From Planctomycetota bacterium (GTDB lineage: Bacteria > Planctomycetota > UBA8108 > SXIK01): 64,000 nucleotides of DNA. A model generated the notes under the pieces. The model was not told the origin of the DNA. It searched no databases and saw only the letters and a program-made list of their open reading frames with translations. Location of the stretch: positions 704,001 through 768,000 of the forward strand of contig CBDCXR010000004.1 in NCBI GenBank assembly GCA_965223845.1, in the 5' to 3' direction. Shown here in pieces: positions 39,474 through 49,339 of the stretch. Position 1 is the stretch's first letter. Each line of letters begins with the position of its first letter. The translations under genes were made by a program, and so were the position numbers.

Positions 39474-40142
39474 ATGATTCACATCAATCTCCTGCCGCCG
39501 GAGCTCCAGAAGGCGGCGCGAACTCCTCCGAAGGTGTTCCTGAGCCTCGTCGTCGCGGTGGTCGTGGTGGGCGTGGCCGTCTGTGCCTACGGCTACTTCT
39601 ACTTCCACGTCGGCATGCTGAAGAGCCGCGTCGCGCGGAAGCAGACCGAGGTTCAGCACTACCAGGAGAACGCTCGGGAAGTCGACGCTCTACTCGAAGA
39701 CATCGCGGATTACCGCGAACGTGAGCGCGCGATCATCAGCATCAAGACCAACCGCATCCTCTGGTCGAAGAAGCTGGAGATGTTGTGTCGGCTGACCCCG
39801 AACTACATCTGGCTCGTGCGCCTCGAGATGCGGGAGCTCGATCCGAGCGAATACAAGTGGGGGCCCGATCAGGTCGGCGGCTACCTGATGCTTCATTGTT
39901 ATTCGTCCGGCGACGAAGTGGAGCGCATGACGCATTACCGCCAGCGCCTGAAGAACGTCGACGAGTTTTACCTGCCGTTCGTCGGAGCGGACATCAAGCC
40001 GGCGACGTTCTATTCCGATTTCATCAACATCACGCCTCCGGAATGGAAGTTCGTCCAGATCCCGGGGCTCGTCCAGCCCGACAACATTCGGTTTTCCGTC
40101 CGCCTGGATCTGAGACCGCTCGTTGAGAAGGTCGGCGCCTGA
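39474..40142 (+). CDS. pilN: Type IV pilus assembly protein PilN
   Basis: IHINLLP PilM-binding motif, single TM, coiled coil, W...L...P..IWL. Confidence 0.9.
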   Translation: MIHINLLPPELQKAARTPPKVFLSLVVAVVVVGVAVCAYGYFYFHVGMLKSRVARKQTEVQHYQENAREVDALLEDIADYRERERAIISIKTNRILWSKKLEMLCRLTPNYIWLVRLEMRELDPSEYKWGPDQVGGYLMLHCYSSGDEVERMTHYRQRLKNVDEFYLPFVGADIKPATFYSDFINITPPEWKFVQIPGLVQPDNIRFSVRLDLRPLVEKVGA

Positions 40143-40175
40143 GTTCTACCGAACGATTCGAGACGGTGATTCCCC

Positions 40176-40814
40176 ATGAAACTCAATGAGAAGCAAAAGC
40201 TGACGGCCGTGATCGCGGCGGTGGTTCTCGCCGTCGTCGGGATCGGGACGCTGACGTTCTTCAAGTTCCAGGAGCGAAAGGAACTCGCGGCGCAGATGGA
40301 CGATCTCCTCAAGCAGGAGAAGGTCGCGACGGACCGGATCAATCGGATCCCCGGGCTTCGCGAAGAGAGGGATCGACTGGCCGCAACCGTCGAGGACTAC
40401 GCGGCGATTCTGCCGAAGGACGCTCACGTCGAGCACGACTCGTTCGTTTACACGATCGATAGCTTCCGCCGCGACACCGACGTCCTGATCAAGCGAGCCG
40501 AATACGTCAATCCTCCCGCGGCCCCGGCGGCAGCACCGGGTGCACCTCCGGTCAAGAGAAAGAAGTTCATCCGCCATCGCTATCGATTCGAGCTCGTGGG
40601 GACCGTGCCCCATCTCATTTCGTTCATCAACAAGATCGAAAATCACACGCGATTCTTGAAGATCGACGCGCTCAACATTCGGCCGCTTGGTGCGCCGCGA
40701 AAGGGCACGAGCTTCGAGAACGCCAATCCCGAGCAAGAGCTTCAGCGTGCGGATCAGGCTCTCAAGGAAGTCGATCTGACGATCAGCACCTACACGTACT
40801 TCAAGGGCGCTTGA
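40176..40814 (+). CDS. pilO: Type IV pilus assembly protein PilO
   Basis: N-terminal TM, coiled coil, ILP, FINKIENHTRFLKI; position after pilN. Confidence 0.85.
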   Translation: MKLNEKQKLTAVIAAVVLAVVGIGTLTFFKFQERKELAAQMDDLLKQEKVATDRINRIPGLREERDRLAATVEDYAAILPKDAHVEHDSFVYTIDSFRRDTDVLIKRAEYVNPPAAPAAAPGAPPVKRKKFIRHRYRFELVGTVPHLISFINKIENHTRFLKIDALNIRPLGAPRKGTSFENANPEQELQRADQALKEVDLTISTYTYFKGA

Positions 40815-40827
40815 AAAAGACCTCGCT

Positions 40828-42294
40828 ATGATCACCACGAAGAAATTGCCATCGATTCTGATGCTCACCGTGTGCGTTGCGGCGTTCTCCGCGCTTCACG
40901 CGCAAACGGCCGACGATTCCGTCGCGACCGATGGTGGTTCCAGCGACGCTGCGCCAACGGGCGTCGGGACGCCGCTCGATACCGTCGAGGACCCGGAGGC
41001 GAACGCGTCGGACGAGTTCGACGCCAGCGGCGATGCTCCCGAGTCCGAAGCTGACGCCGAGGGGAGCGGCATCCTCGGCGGCATCATGGGGATGTTCGGC
41101 GGTGAAGGCGAGGGCGGTGCCGACGGGAAGAGCGAGCGCGCCGATGAGATCCGCGCGGAGCAGGACAAGCGGATCAACGAGCTCCGGCGGAACGCGATCA
41201 GCGATTTCTCTCGAAAGCGACTCGAGTCGGCGATCACTCACCTGAATGAGCTGATCAGCATCAAGCCCTACGACTCCGACTATCACCTCGCGCTCGGTCT
41301 CAACTTTCGCAGTCGACACCAGTGGCCGCAGGCGATCGGCAAGTACGACGACACGCTCGATCTCGGCGGGCCGAAGGGGCTGATCGCTCTCCTCAAGGCA
41401 GAGGCGATGACCTCGACGGGCACGAGGGAGCAGGTCTTCGAGTTTCTCGAGGAAGCCGCGGTCAACGGGCGAAACATCTTCAACGACGCCGCCGCACTCC
41501 CCGCGCTCTCGGCGTTCCGCCAAGACACGGAGTTCATCAAGCTCGCCCTGTCGCTCGAGAAGGTCCAAGTCGACGTGACGAATCTGAAGGATCCGTTCAC
41601 TGGAGTCTTCCAAACGCTTCAAGCCGCGCAGGGAGACGGCACCGGTGACGACGAGCCGATCACGCTCGACGCCGACGAGCAAGAAGAACTTCTCGAGACC
41701 GCGAAGAAGACGTTCGAGCGCGTAAAGTTCTATATCAAGCTCGAGGACGAGAACAAGGCGATGGGGTCCTACGTCGAGCTCAAGAAGATGATCGAGAAGA
41801 AGGATCTTCTCACGATCCCCGGGATCGTGCGCGAGTTCGAATACCTCATCGGCAAGATGCCGGACGTCGAAGTTCAGATCGAAGGCATCCGGCTCAAGTT
41901 CTACTACCGCCAGGCGCAGGAAAAACTGCAATCGATCAAGGACGTCTTCTCCGACGGCAACTACGACCAAGTTGCGCGAATCCACACCGAGGTGTCTGCC
42001 CTCGCACAGGAGATGCGAAAGACGAACGCCGCGTACGAGCCGGTCGCGAAGCGCGTGCTCGAAGTCTCGGCGCGCTGGGCGCAGCGAGCCACGATCCGTC
42101 GCGAGTTCGAGGGAATGCGGCCGAAGATCCAAGGGATCATTATGGCGCCCGACGGCAATCGAACCGTTCTCAACGATGCCGTGGTCGAAGAGGGAGGTTA
42201 CCTCGAAGAACTGCGCGTCGTACGAATCGAGAACAACAAGGTGACGTTTCGTTACAAAGGGGAGGAGATCCCGGTCGTCTTTCGTCGATATTGA
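40828..42294 (+). CDS. Secreted TPR-containing protein with PilP/GspC-like C-terminal beta domain, in the pilP position
   Basis: Sec signal ending ALHA-Q, acidic low-complexity segment, TPR-like helices, KDPF motif, long helical region, terminal IQGII...TVLN...VEEG...LRVVRIENNKVTF. Confidence 0.7.
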   Translation: MITTKKLPSILMLTVCVAAFSALHAQTADDSVATDGGSSDAAPTGVGTPLDTVEDPEANASDEFDASGDAPESEADAEGSGILGGIMGMFGGEGEGGADGKSERADEIRAEQDKRINELRRNAISDFSRKRLESAITHLNELISIKPYDSDYHLALGLNFRSRHQWPQAIGKYDDTLDLGGPKGLIALLKAEAMTSTGTREQVFEFLEEAAVNGRNIFNDAAALPALSAFRQDTEFIKLALSLEKVQVDVTNLKDPFTGVFQTLQAAQGDGTGDDEPITLDADEQEELLETAKKTFERVKFYIKLEDENKAMGSYVELKKMIEKKDLLTIPGIVREFEYLIGKMPDVEVQIEGIRLKFYYRQAQEKLQSIKDVFSDGNYDQVARIHTEVSALAQEMRKTNAAYEPVAKRVLEVSARWAQRATIRREFEGMRPKIQGIIMAPDGNRTVLNDAVVEEGGYLEELRVVRIENNKVTFRYKGEEIPVVFRRY

Positions 42295-42516
42295 TGACGG
42301 GCAGCAGGGCGAGCAGGGCGCTGTCGCGCTCGTAGCCGAGGGGGTCGGCCGCGAGCGAGCTTCCACCGGGAACGAGCGGCCGCCCGCACGCAAGTTGGTT
42401 TGGTTAATGTTAGGTAACGTGGGTTGTTCCGATCACAGGTACGGCCCAGCCGAGACGAAACACTTGAGGTTTTGGGCGAGTCCGCCGCGGGCGGACGAGG
42501 TACCGCTGGAGGAAGC

Positions 42517-44406
42517 ATGATTTCGACCACGTGGCGGCAATGGTGCTGGGGTGGGCTTGTTCTCGCGATGGTCGCCGTGGGCGACGTCGGAGTCCGGGCG
42601 CAAGACGAAGGGGAGACCGGAGGCGCCGCGGTCGAAGAGTACCTCTCCGGCAGCGAAGCCGACGAGACCGCGATCAGCGAATACATCACGCTCGACGTTC
42701 GCGAAAAGCCGCTCGCCGACATCTTGAAGTTCGTGAGTCGACGCGTTGGCGTAAACGTCGTCGCCGATCCCGAGGTCGACGAGACCGTCACGATTCAGCT
42801 CGACTCCGTCGACTGGCGCGACGCGCTCGAGGTTCTCGCGAAGCAGGCGGACTGTCAGATCGTCGTCATGAGCGACCGGCTCATCCGCTTTACGCAGCCG
42901 CCGTCGATCAGCATGGAGTTTCAGGACGCGGACATCAAAGTCGTGCTCGAGCTTCTCGCGAAGCAGGCGGGCGCGAACATCATGATGAACGCGGACATTC
43001 AGGGAAAGGTGAGCCTGAGCCTCCGCGAAGTGCCGTGGCAGGAAGCGCTGTCGGCGATCGTGAAGACCGCCGGCTACGTGATCGTGCGCGAGGAGACCCT
43101 CTCCGGGAAAGAAATCCTCCGCGTCGTTCGCCCCGAGAGTCTCAAGCAGCAGCTCGAGACGCGTCACTTTCAGCTTCGCTACATCCGCCCGGCGGATCCG
43201 TACGAGGCGATCATGACCGGAATCGAGCAGTTCGCTGCGTCGATGTTCTCCGGCGCTGGTGGCTCGGGAGCGTTCGAGGGTGGTGGAGCTGGGGGTTCGG
43301 CCGCCAACTTTACGCTCGAGACGGCGCTCAAGAACGTCGTCTCCGAGGAAGGTTCCCTCGACTACGACGAGCACACGAACACCTTCATCGTCAAGGACAT
43401 CAAGCCGAAGCTCGACGAGATCCAGGAGATCATCGAGCGCGTCGACGTGCAGCCGCCGCAGATCTACGTCGAGGTGAAGTTCATCTCGACGTCGAACTCG
43501 GACATCCTCGAGCGCGGCATCCGCTTCGACCTCGCGAATACGCCGGAGCGCGATGGCTTCCTCCTGATCGCCCGCGGTGGTGAACCGGGGACGCTCGATC
43601 CGAACGATCCGTTCAACTTCATCGGCGGAACGTTTCCGTTCAATCTGGGTAGCTTCGAGAACAGCTTCCGTGACTTCAACGCACTCGGCATCCTCGACTT
43701 CACCCAGACGAGGGCGATTCTGAAGCTGGTCAAGGACGACGAGAACAGCCGCGTCGTCCAGGAGCCGGCGCTCACGATGATCGACAACACGCCCGGAACG
43801 ATTTTCGTCGGCGAGACGATTCCGTTCGCGGTGCAGAAGGTCAACGTCGATCAGAACGGAAACGCGACGGTGACGATCGACGAGAACAAGCGGTCGCCGA
43901 TCAATATCGGCTTCACGCTCTACATGGTTCCGCACGTGATTCCGGGGACCGATACGGTCAATCTGACCGTAATCCCGAAGGTCTCGACGCTCACGGGAAC
44001 GACCTCGGAGATCGACGGCTTCGATCGATTCTCCTTCAGTCAGGAGCAGGCCGGCGCGACGTCCTTCATCGATCTCCCGCGCGAGTCGGCGCAGACGGTC
44101 GTCACGTCGCTCCGCGTCCACGATGGTCACACCGCGGTGATCGGCGGCCTCCAGACGGAGAAGCTGATCGAGATCGAAACGAAGATCCCCGTCCTGTCGA
44201 CGATTCCGATCCTCGGAAATGTCTTCACCTACCGGCGGCGAAGCAACAGCGTCGAGTCGCTGATCATCATGATCACGCCGCACATTCTGAAGACGGTGTC
44301 CCAGGACGATAAGATCTCTTCGGAGTCGATCGAGAAGCACCAGCGCCGCGACTACTTCTACCAGAAGTACGAGAGCGACGAGCTCCCGATGCGCTCCGGC
44401 GAGTAG
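42517..44406 (+). CDS. pilQ: Secretin (PilQ-like)
   Basis: Signal peptide; two N0/STN-like units (ITLDVREKPLADIL; ISMEFQDADIKVVL...VPWQEAL); N3 (YDEHTNTFIVKD); PQIYVEVKF, DNTPGTIFVGETIP, IGGL, KIPVLSTIPILGNVF, IMITPHI. Confidence 0.93.
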   Translation: MISTTWRQWCWGGLVLAMVAVGDVGVRAQDEGETGGAAVEEYLSGSEADETAISEYITLDVREKPLADILKFVSRRVGVNVVADPEVDETVTIQLDSVDWRDALEVLAKQADCQIVVMSDRLIRFTQPPSISMEFQDADIKVVLELLAKQAGANIMMNADIQGKVSLSLREVPWQEALSAIVKTAGYVIVREETLSGKEILRVVRPESLKQQLETRHFQLRYIRPADPYEAIMTGIEQFAASMFSGAGGSGAFEGGGAGGSAANFTLETALKNVVSEEGSLDYDEHTNTFIVKDIKPKLDEIQEIIERVDVQPPQIYVEVKFISTSNSDILERGIRFDLANTPERDGFLLIARGGEPGTLDPNDPFNFIGGTFPFNLGSFENSFRDFNALGILDFTQTRAILKLVKDDENSRVVQEPALTMIDNTPGTIFVGETIPFAVQKVNVDQNGNATVTIDENKRSPINIGFTLYMVPHVIPGTDTVNLTVIPKVSTLTGTTSEIDGFDRFSFSQEQAGATSFIDLPRESAQTVVTSLRVHDGHTAVIGGLQTEKLIEIETKIPVLSTIPILGNVFTYRRRSNSVESLIIMITPHILKTVSQDDKISSESIEKHQRRDYFYQKYESDELPMRSGE

Positions 44407-44465
44407 TCGGTTCCTCAGGGCGACGGGAATTCCGTCGAAATCCCTGGACGCCGGAAGTACGATTT

Positions 44466-44511
44466 CGAGCGGGAGGTCTTCTCAACCGGGAGACCTCCCG
44501 TTGCTCGTTTT
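44466..44511 (+). terminator. Probable terminator hairpin after the pil operon
   Basis: cgggaggtcttc...ggagacctcccg stem (44470-44500), cgagc/gctcg extension, short T run. Confidence 0.65.
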
Positions 44512-45269
44512 CGGTGTGACGATTGCGGCCGACCGCTCGGCCCGAGACCCGGCGCGCCTGGAGAGTGGTAACTCATTCTCTCTTAAGGCTTTGGGTCCAG
44601 TGCTCCCGCCTCGCGAAGCTCCGCCAAGCATGGGCTGGGGGCTCAGGTGGGGTGGTCGTCACGTTTCCGGGGTCTCTGACGTCGCGGTGCGGCGGAGCGC
44701 GTTCTCGCCGAGGAGTTTTTCGCGAGAGCCGAGTCCGAGCGACCGCGTCGACGGCGTGGGACCGAGCCGGGGTATCGAAGACGCCGAGAGACTCGGCCGC
44801 GATTCCCGAACGAACGAGCAGCGAAGAGAATTCTGAACACTCACGCACGGAGCGCGCCGCACGGACGCGGCCTCGGGCGGCGAGACGAGAGCCGAAGGGG
44901 GAAGGATGAAACCCGGCTCCGTCCTCGGCCGACCCGCCGAGCTCCGACGAAGAAACAGGGACGAAACACGGAGAGTTGCTGCACCTGGCAGCGACCGCGC
45001 AGATCTCTCGGGATGGAGGACGACCGAGTCCCCGATGGCAGTAGCCTCTCAGTTCGATGATCCCCGAGGAAGCGATATCGGTCGCGGCGATTACTAGGAG
45101 TCTGTCCAGGCACGGGTTCGAGTAGAGAGAACGAATCCGCTCCGGACGTGATCCGGAAGCGGCCCACCGCCCGATCGGAGGAGTTGCCGACGAGTCGGGA
45201 GCGCTGGGGCCGCCGTCCGAATCCTGGGTCGCACCCTTACGTGAGTCAGGTGAGCAGCGATGAACGACT

Positions 45270-48200
45270 TTGGCCGACGAAATCACGCGCGAGACGCAGG
45301 AGGTGCCCGACACGGCGCCCCGCGGAGCTCGGCGGGGCCGCGATTCTGCCCCGCGCACCGGTACGGCGTCGGAGCCCTCCGCCGCCGGAGATCCCCAGCG
45401 CCACCCATCGGAACCGGCCGATCGTCCTAGCGACGATTCGACGCGGGTTCCGTTCGGGGTAGGGCTCACCGACGACGCAGCCGACTCCCGCGCGGAGCGG
45501 TCCCCGCGACGCCGCTCCACACGGAGGGCCCGCCCGGCAACCCCGCGCCCGGCGCCGCCGGAGGATTCCGGCGCGACCACCGAACCCGCCGACGCGGGAG
45601 ATCCCGCTCCGCGGGACGAGCTCCCCGCGGAGCGAAAACGCTCGAGCCGCGTCACTCGCCGCAAGACCGGAGGACGTCGCGCAGCGCGTTCGGCGGACGT
45701 CGCGGAGCCCGTTGCGGAGGCTCCTCGCGGCGATTCGGAAGCGCCGGAGCAGGAGAGCGGCGAGGGCCCGCGTCGCTCTCGCGGTCGTCGGCCCCGGCGC
45801 GGCGAGCGAGTCGATAAGCGTACGGACACGCCTCGGGATGACTCTCCGCCCGCCGTTGACGGCGCCGAAGATGAGAAGCCGTCGGAACGGGGCGACGCTG
45901 ACTCGCGCAGCTCTCGCGGTCGCCGACCCCGGCGCGGCGAGCGAGTCGAGAAGTGCACGGATACGCCTCGGGATGATTCTCCGCCCGCCGTCGACGCCGC
46001 GGAAGATGAGAAGCCGTCGGAACGGGGCGACGCCGACTCGCGCAGCTCTCGCGCGCGCCCCCGGCGCCGCGGGCGCGCGCGAAGCTCAACTCTCGAAGTC
46101 GAATTCGATGAGGTCCGCCCGCCGGCGCGAAAGGCGTCCCGTCGCCGCAGTCGCCCTTCCGTTCGCCGCGGAGAGTCGAGTTCGCCACCCGAGCGCGACG
46201 ATGCGGAGGCGCGTTCCGAGCCTTCGGAGTCAGAGGACGCGAAGGATCTCGAGCCGCGCCGCGGCAAAGCGGAATCGAGCGCCGACTCGGCGGGCCGCCG
46301 GCAGCGCCGGAGCCGCCGAGGACGACGGCGATCGTCGCGACCGGAAGCCGATCGCGAGCCCACGACAACCGATCCGGAAGCGGAGAGCGCCGAGGATACC
46401 GAGGCGGATGCGGCTCCGGAGAAGCGGTCGCGCGCACGTCCTGCGCGGAAGACCGTGCGGAAGCGGGGCGCCGGGATTTCCGTGCGCGCCGGAAGCAGCC
46501 GCGCCACGGCGCGAATCGGCCGGGTCGCGCGACGCGGTCCGCGGCTCGGCGACGGGAGTCCCCCGGAATCCGGCGCGGACGCAGATGAGTTCGTCGATCG
46601 CTTGCCAGGAGATGAAGGCGCCGACGAGCGCCCGCGCCGACGCCGCGGTCGCCGCGGGAGCAAGGCGCCGGCCGAATCGCGTGAGAGCGATCCGGGAGAC
46701 GAGGTCGATTCGGTCGATCTGCCCGTCTGGGTTGAGCCCGAGCTCGAGGGACCGAACCTCTACCGGCGGTCGGCCCGTCAGCGCCAGCAGCTCATGACGG
46801 CGGGCGCGGGATGCGCCGACGATGACCTGGATGACGAGACCGACGAACCGGAAGATCGCGAAGCGATTTCGCGCCGCGTTCGCAAGAAGCTCGGCGGGCC
46901 TTCAAAACGCATTTTTGTGAACGCCGAGGATCCCGACGAAGTGCGAATCTCGGTTCTCGCGAACGGCAAGCTCGACGAGCTCTACTACGATCGCCCGAGC
47001 GAGAAGAGGTACCTCGGCAACATTTACCGCGGGCGAGTCGTCAATCTCGAGCCGGCGATTCAGGCGGCCTTCGTCGAGATCGGCATCGGCCGAAACGGAT
47101 TCCTGCACGTCTCGGACGTCTTGCCCGCGTACAAGGACGCAACGGGCATTCCGCTCGACTCCCTGTCGCGGCGACCGGCCGACCGCCGCCGGCTGAAGAT
47201 TCAGGACATCCTCACCGAGGGGCAGGAAGTCCTCGTCCAGATTTCGAAGGACGCGATCGGCGCGAAGGGGCCGAGCCTCACCACGTACGTGAGTCTCCCC
47301 GGAAAGTTTCTCGTTCTCATGCCCGGGGTCACTCGCCACGGCGTCTCGAAGCGGATTCAGGACTCCGGTGACCGACACGATCTCAGGCGCGCGCTCGAGA
47401 ATCTAAATCCGCCGGAGGGCGTCGGCTACATCGTGCGGACCGCGGGCTACGGCCGTCCGCAGGGCGAGCTCGAAAAAGACTTCGAGTACCTGATGAAGAT
47501 CTGGGAAGAGCTCGTCGCCAAGGTGAAGTCCCGGCGCGGAGCCGGCCTCGTCTACGGCGAAAGCGACCTCGTGATCCGCACCATGCGCGACCTTTTCGGC
47601 CCGGACGTCGACGAGATTCTGGTCGATGACGAGGCGGTCTACGACCGCGCGCGGGCGTTTTGCCTCGACGTCATGCCGGAGGCCGCCGGGCGATTGAAGC
47701 GCTACAGCGGGGTGACGCCGATCTTCACCCGGTTCGGGATTGAAGACGAAATCGAGAAAATCTACAATCGCAAGGTTCCACTGCCGAGCGGCGGCCATAT
47801 CGTCGTCGAGCAGACGGAAGCGCTCGTGGCGATCGACGTCAACTCCGGGCGCTACCGCGATGAGGACGATCTCGAGGCGACCGCGCTCAAGACCAACTTG
47901 GAGGCGGCGAACGAGATCGCCCGCCAGCTCCGTCTGCGCGACCTCGGTGGAGTCATCATCAACGACTTCATCGACATGGAGAAGGAGGCGAACCGCCGCG
48001 AAGTGGAACGAGCCTTCCGCCGGGCGCTCCGCGGGGAGCGGGCGAAGTGCTGGATCCAGCGGATCTCGCGCTTCGGCATCATCGAGATGACCCGGCAGCG
48101 CGTTCGACCGAGCTTCGAACGCGGACACTACGACCCGTGCCCGAGGTGCAGCGGCACCGGTGTCGTACAGTCCGCGCGCAGCACCGGGACCGCGATCCTC

Positions 48201-48395
48201 CGGCAGATTCGGGCCGGGTTGGCTCAGAAGCGAAAACGGACCTGCGAAATTCTGGCCAGTCCGGCGGTCGTCGAGTATCTCCTCAACGACCGGCGCGGCC
48301 ACCTAGTAGAGTTGGAGACTCGATTCGAGAAACGCGTCATCGTTCGACTTGACGCCGCACTTCCACCGGATCAGTACGAAATTCGATACTCCTGA
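45270..48395 (+). CDS. rne: Rne/Rng-family ribonuclease with long N-terminal disordered extension
   Basis: GNIYRGRVVNLEPAIQAAFV, NGFLH, LVQISKD, QTEALVAIDVNSG, IARQLRLRDLGG..DFIDM, EMTRQR, Zn-link CPRC; GAGTCAGGTGAG upstream of the TTG start; rne-rplU-rpmA-obg synteny. Confidence 0.93.
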   Translation: MADEITRETQEVPDTAPRGARRGRDSAPRTGTASEPSAAGDPQRHPSEPADRPSDDSTRVPFGVGLTDDAADSRAERSPRRRSTRRARPATPRPAPPEDSGATTEPADAGDPAPRDELPAERKRSSRVTRRKTGGRRAARSADVAEPVAEAPRGDSEAPEQESGEGPRRSRGRRPRRGERVDKRTDTPRDDSPPAVDGAEDEKPSERGDADSRSSRGRRPRRGERVEKCTDTPRDDSPPAVDAAEDEKPSERGDADSRSSRARPRRRGRARSSTLEVEFDEVRPPARKASRRRSRPSVRRGESSSPPERDDAEARSEPSESEDAKDLEPRRGKAESSADSAGRRQRRSRRGRRRSSRPEADREPTTTDPEAESAEDTEADAAPEKRSRARPARKTVRKRGAGISVRAGSSRATARIGRVARRGPRLGDGSPPESGADADEFVDRLPGDEGADERPRRRRGRRGSKAPAESRESDPGDEVDSVDLPVWVEPELEGPNLYRRSARQRQQLMTAGAGCADDDLDDETDEPEDREAISRRVRKKLGGPSKRIFVNAEDPDEVRISVLANGKLDELYYDRPSEKRYLGNIYRGRVVNLEPAIQAAFVEIGIGRNGFLHVSDVLPAYKDATGIPLDSLSRRPADRRRLKIQDILTEGQEVLVQISKDAIGAKGPSLTTYVSLPGKFLVLMPGVTRHGVSKRIQDSGDRHDLRRALENLNPPEGVGYIVRTAGYGRPQGELEKDFEYLMKIWEELVAKVKSRRGAGLVYGESDLVIRTMRDLFGPDVDEILVDDEAVYDRARAFCLDVMPEAAGRLKRYSGVTPIFTRFGIEDEIEKIYNRKVPLPSGGHIVVEQTEALVAIDVNSGRYRDEDDLEATALKTNLEAANEIARQLRLRDLGGVIINDFIDMEKEANRREVERAFRRALRGERAKCWIQRISRFGIIEMTRQRVRPSFERGHYDPCPRCSGTGVVQSARSTGTAILRQIRAGLAQKRKRTCEILASPAVVEYLLNDRRGHLVELETRFEKRVIVRLDAALPPDQYEIRYS
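45775..46053 (+). repeat. 135-bp (45-aa) tandem duplication in the rne N-terminal arm
   Basis: gctctcgcg recurs at 45775, 45910 and 46045; two near-identical units SRGRRPRRGERV..TDTPRDDSPPAVD.AEDEKPSERGDADSRS. Confidence 0.95.
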
Positions 48396-48468
48396 TTCGG
48401 CGAAGTTGCTGGCGGCGGGTGCGAGACGACGGCGTTCGCGAAGCGGGCCTAGAGGAAAGCGAACCAGC

Positions 48469-48780
48469 ATGGAAGCGATCTTCCGCGACGGCGGCAGACA
48501 GTACAAAGTTTCTGAGGGCGCGACAGTCGAGGTCGACTATCGGAACGTCGAAGCGGGCTCGACGCTCGAGTTCGACGAAGTTCTCCTCGTCGGCGAAGGC
48601 GCGGGGGCGAAGGTGGGAACGCCTCTCGTCGCCGGAGCGAAAGTCGTCGGCACGGTGCTCGACCAAGTCCGCGGGCCGAAGCTGATCGTCGCCCACTTCC
48701 GCCGGCGGAAGAACTCGCGAAAGCGGAACGGACACCGTCAACCGTACACGCAGGTGCGAATCGACCGTATCGAGGGATGA
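48469..48780 (+). CDS. rplU: 50S ribosomal protein L21
   Basis: AIFRDGGRQYKV, VGTPLVAGAKV, GHRQPYT; GAGG SD. Confidence 0.97.
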   Translation: MEAIFRDGGRQYKVSEGATVEVDYRNVEAGSTLEFDEVLLVGEGAGAKVGTPLVAGAKVVGTVLDQVRGPKLIVAHFRRRKNSRKRNGHRQPYTQVRIDRIEG

Positions 48781-48912
48781 CAGTCCGCAGCTGCGCTTAG
48801 GAATCACGAAGATCGTCGGCGCTCACGCTGTTCCGTCGGAACGAAGGAAGCTCGGACCCCGACTCGAAGCGCCTTTTCCACGGACGGTTGAGAGCCACAC
48901 GGAGCGAGATCG

Positions 48913-49155
48913 ATGGCACATAAAAAAGGACAAGGCTCGTCGCGCAACGGGCGGGACTCGAATCCCCAGCACCGCGGTGTGAAGGTGTACGGCGGAGGAC
49001 GGGTAAAGCCCGGAGCGATCATCATCCGCCAGTGCGGAACGAAGTTCAAACCCGGGTTCAACGTCGGCATCGGGAACGACTACACGCTCTTTTCTCTGAT
49101 CGAGGGTTCGGTCAAGTTCGAGAGCCGACGGCGCGTCAGCGTGTATCCGGAGTAG
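48913..49155 (+). CDS. rpmA: 50S ribosomal protein L27
   Basis: [16 protein letters not shown]; no N-terminal extension and no prp gene between rplU and rpmA. Confidence 0.98.
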   Translation: MAHKKGQGSSRNGRDSNPQHRGVKVYGGGRVKPGAIIIRQCGTKFKPGFNVGIGNDYTLFSLIEGSVKFESRRRVSVYPE

Positions 49156-49339
49156 AGCTCTAATACGCGCATAGCGAGCGTTCGGGCCCGCTATAGTCCG
49201 GTTCCTTCCCGCGCTTCCGGTCAACCTCGCCGGCGGATTTGGTCGCCGCTGCTCGATCCGCCGAAGAGGCAAGCGTCCGGACTCCCGCCGCCGCGCCGGC
49301 GATGCGCTCGGCTCGTTTTCGGCGCCCGCGGACTTTCCC

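Noticed and set aside
45109-45128. GGGTTCGAG resembling a tRNA/tmRNA T-loop
   Set aside because: No complementary T stem, acceptor stem or CCA end
44573-46663. Long antisense ORFs (696 aa here; also 2848-5238, 42433-44340, 57376-58941 and others)
   Set aside because: Shadow frames of real genes, expected in GC-rich DNA with few stop codons; no recognisable motifs
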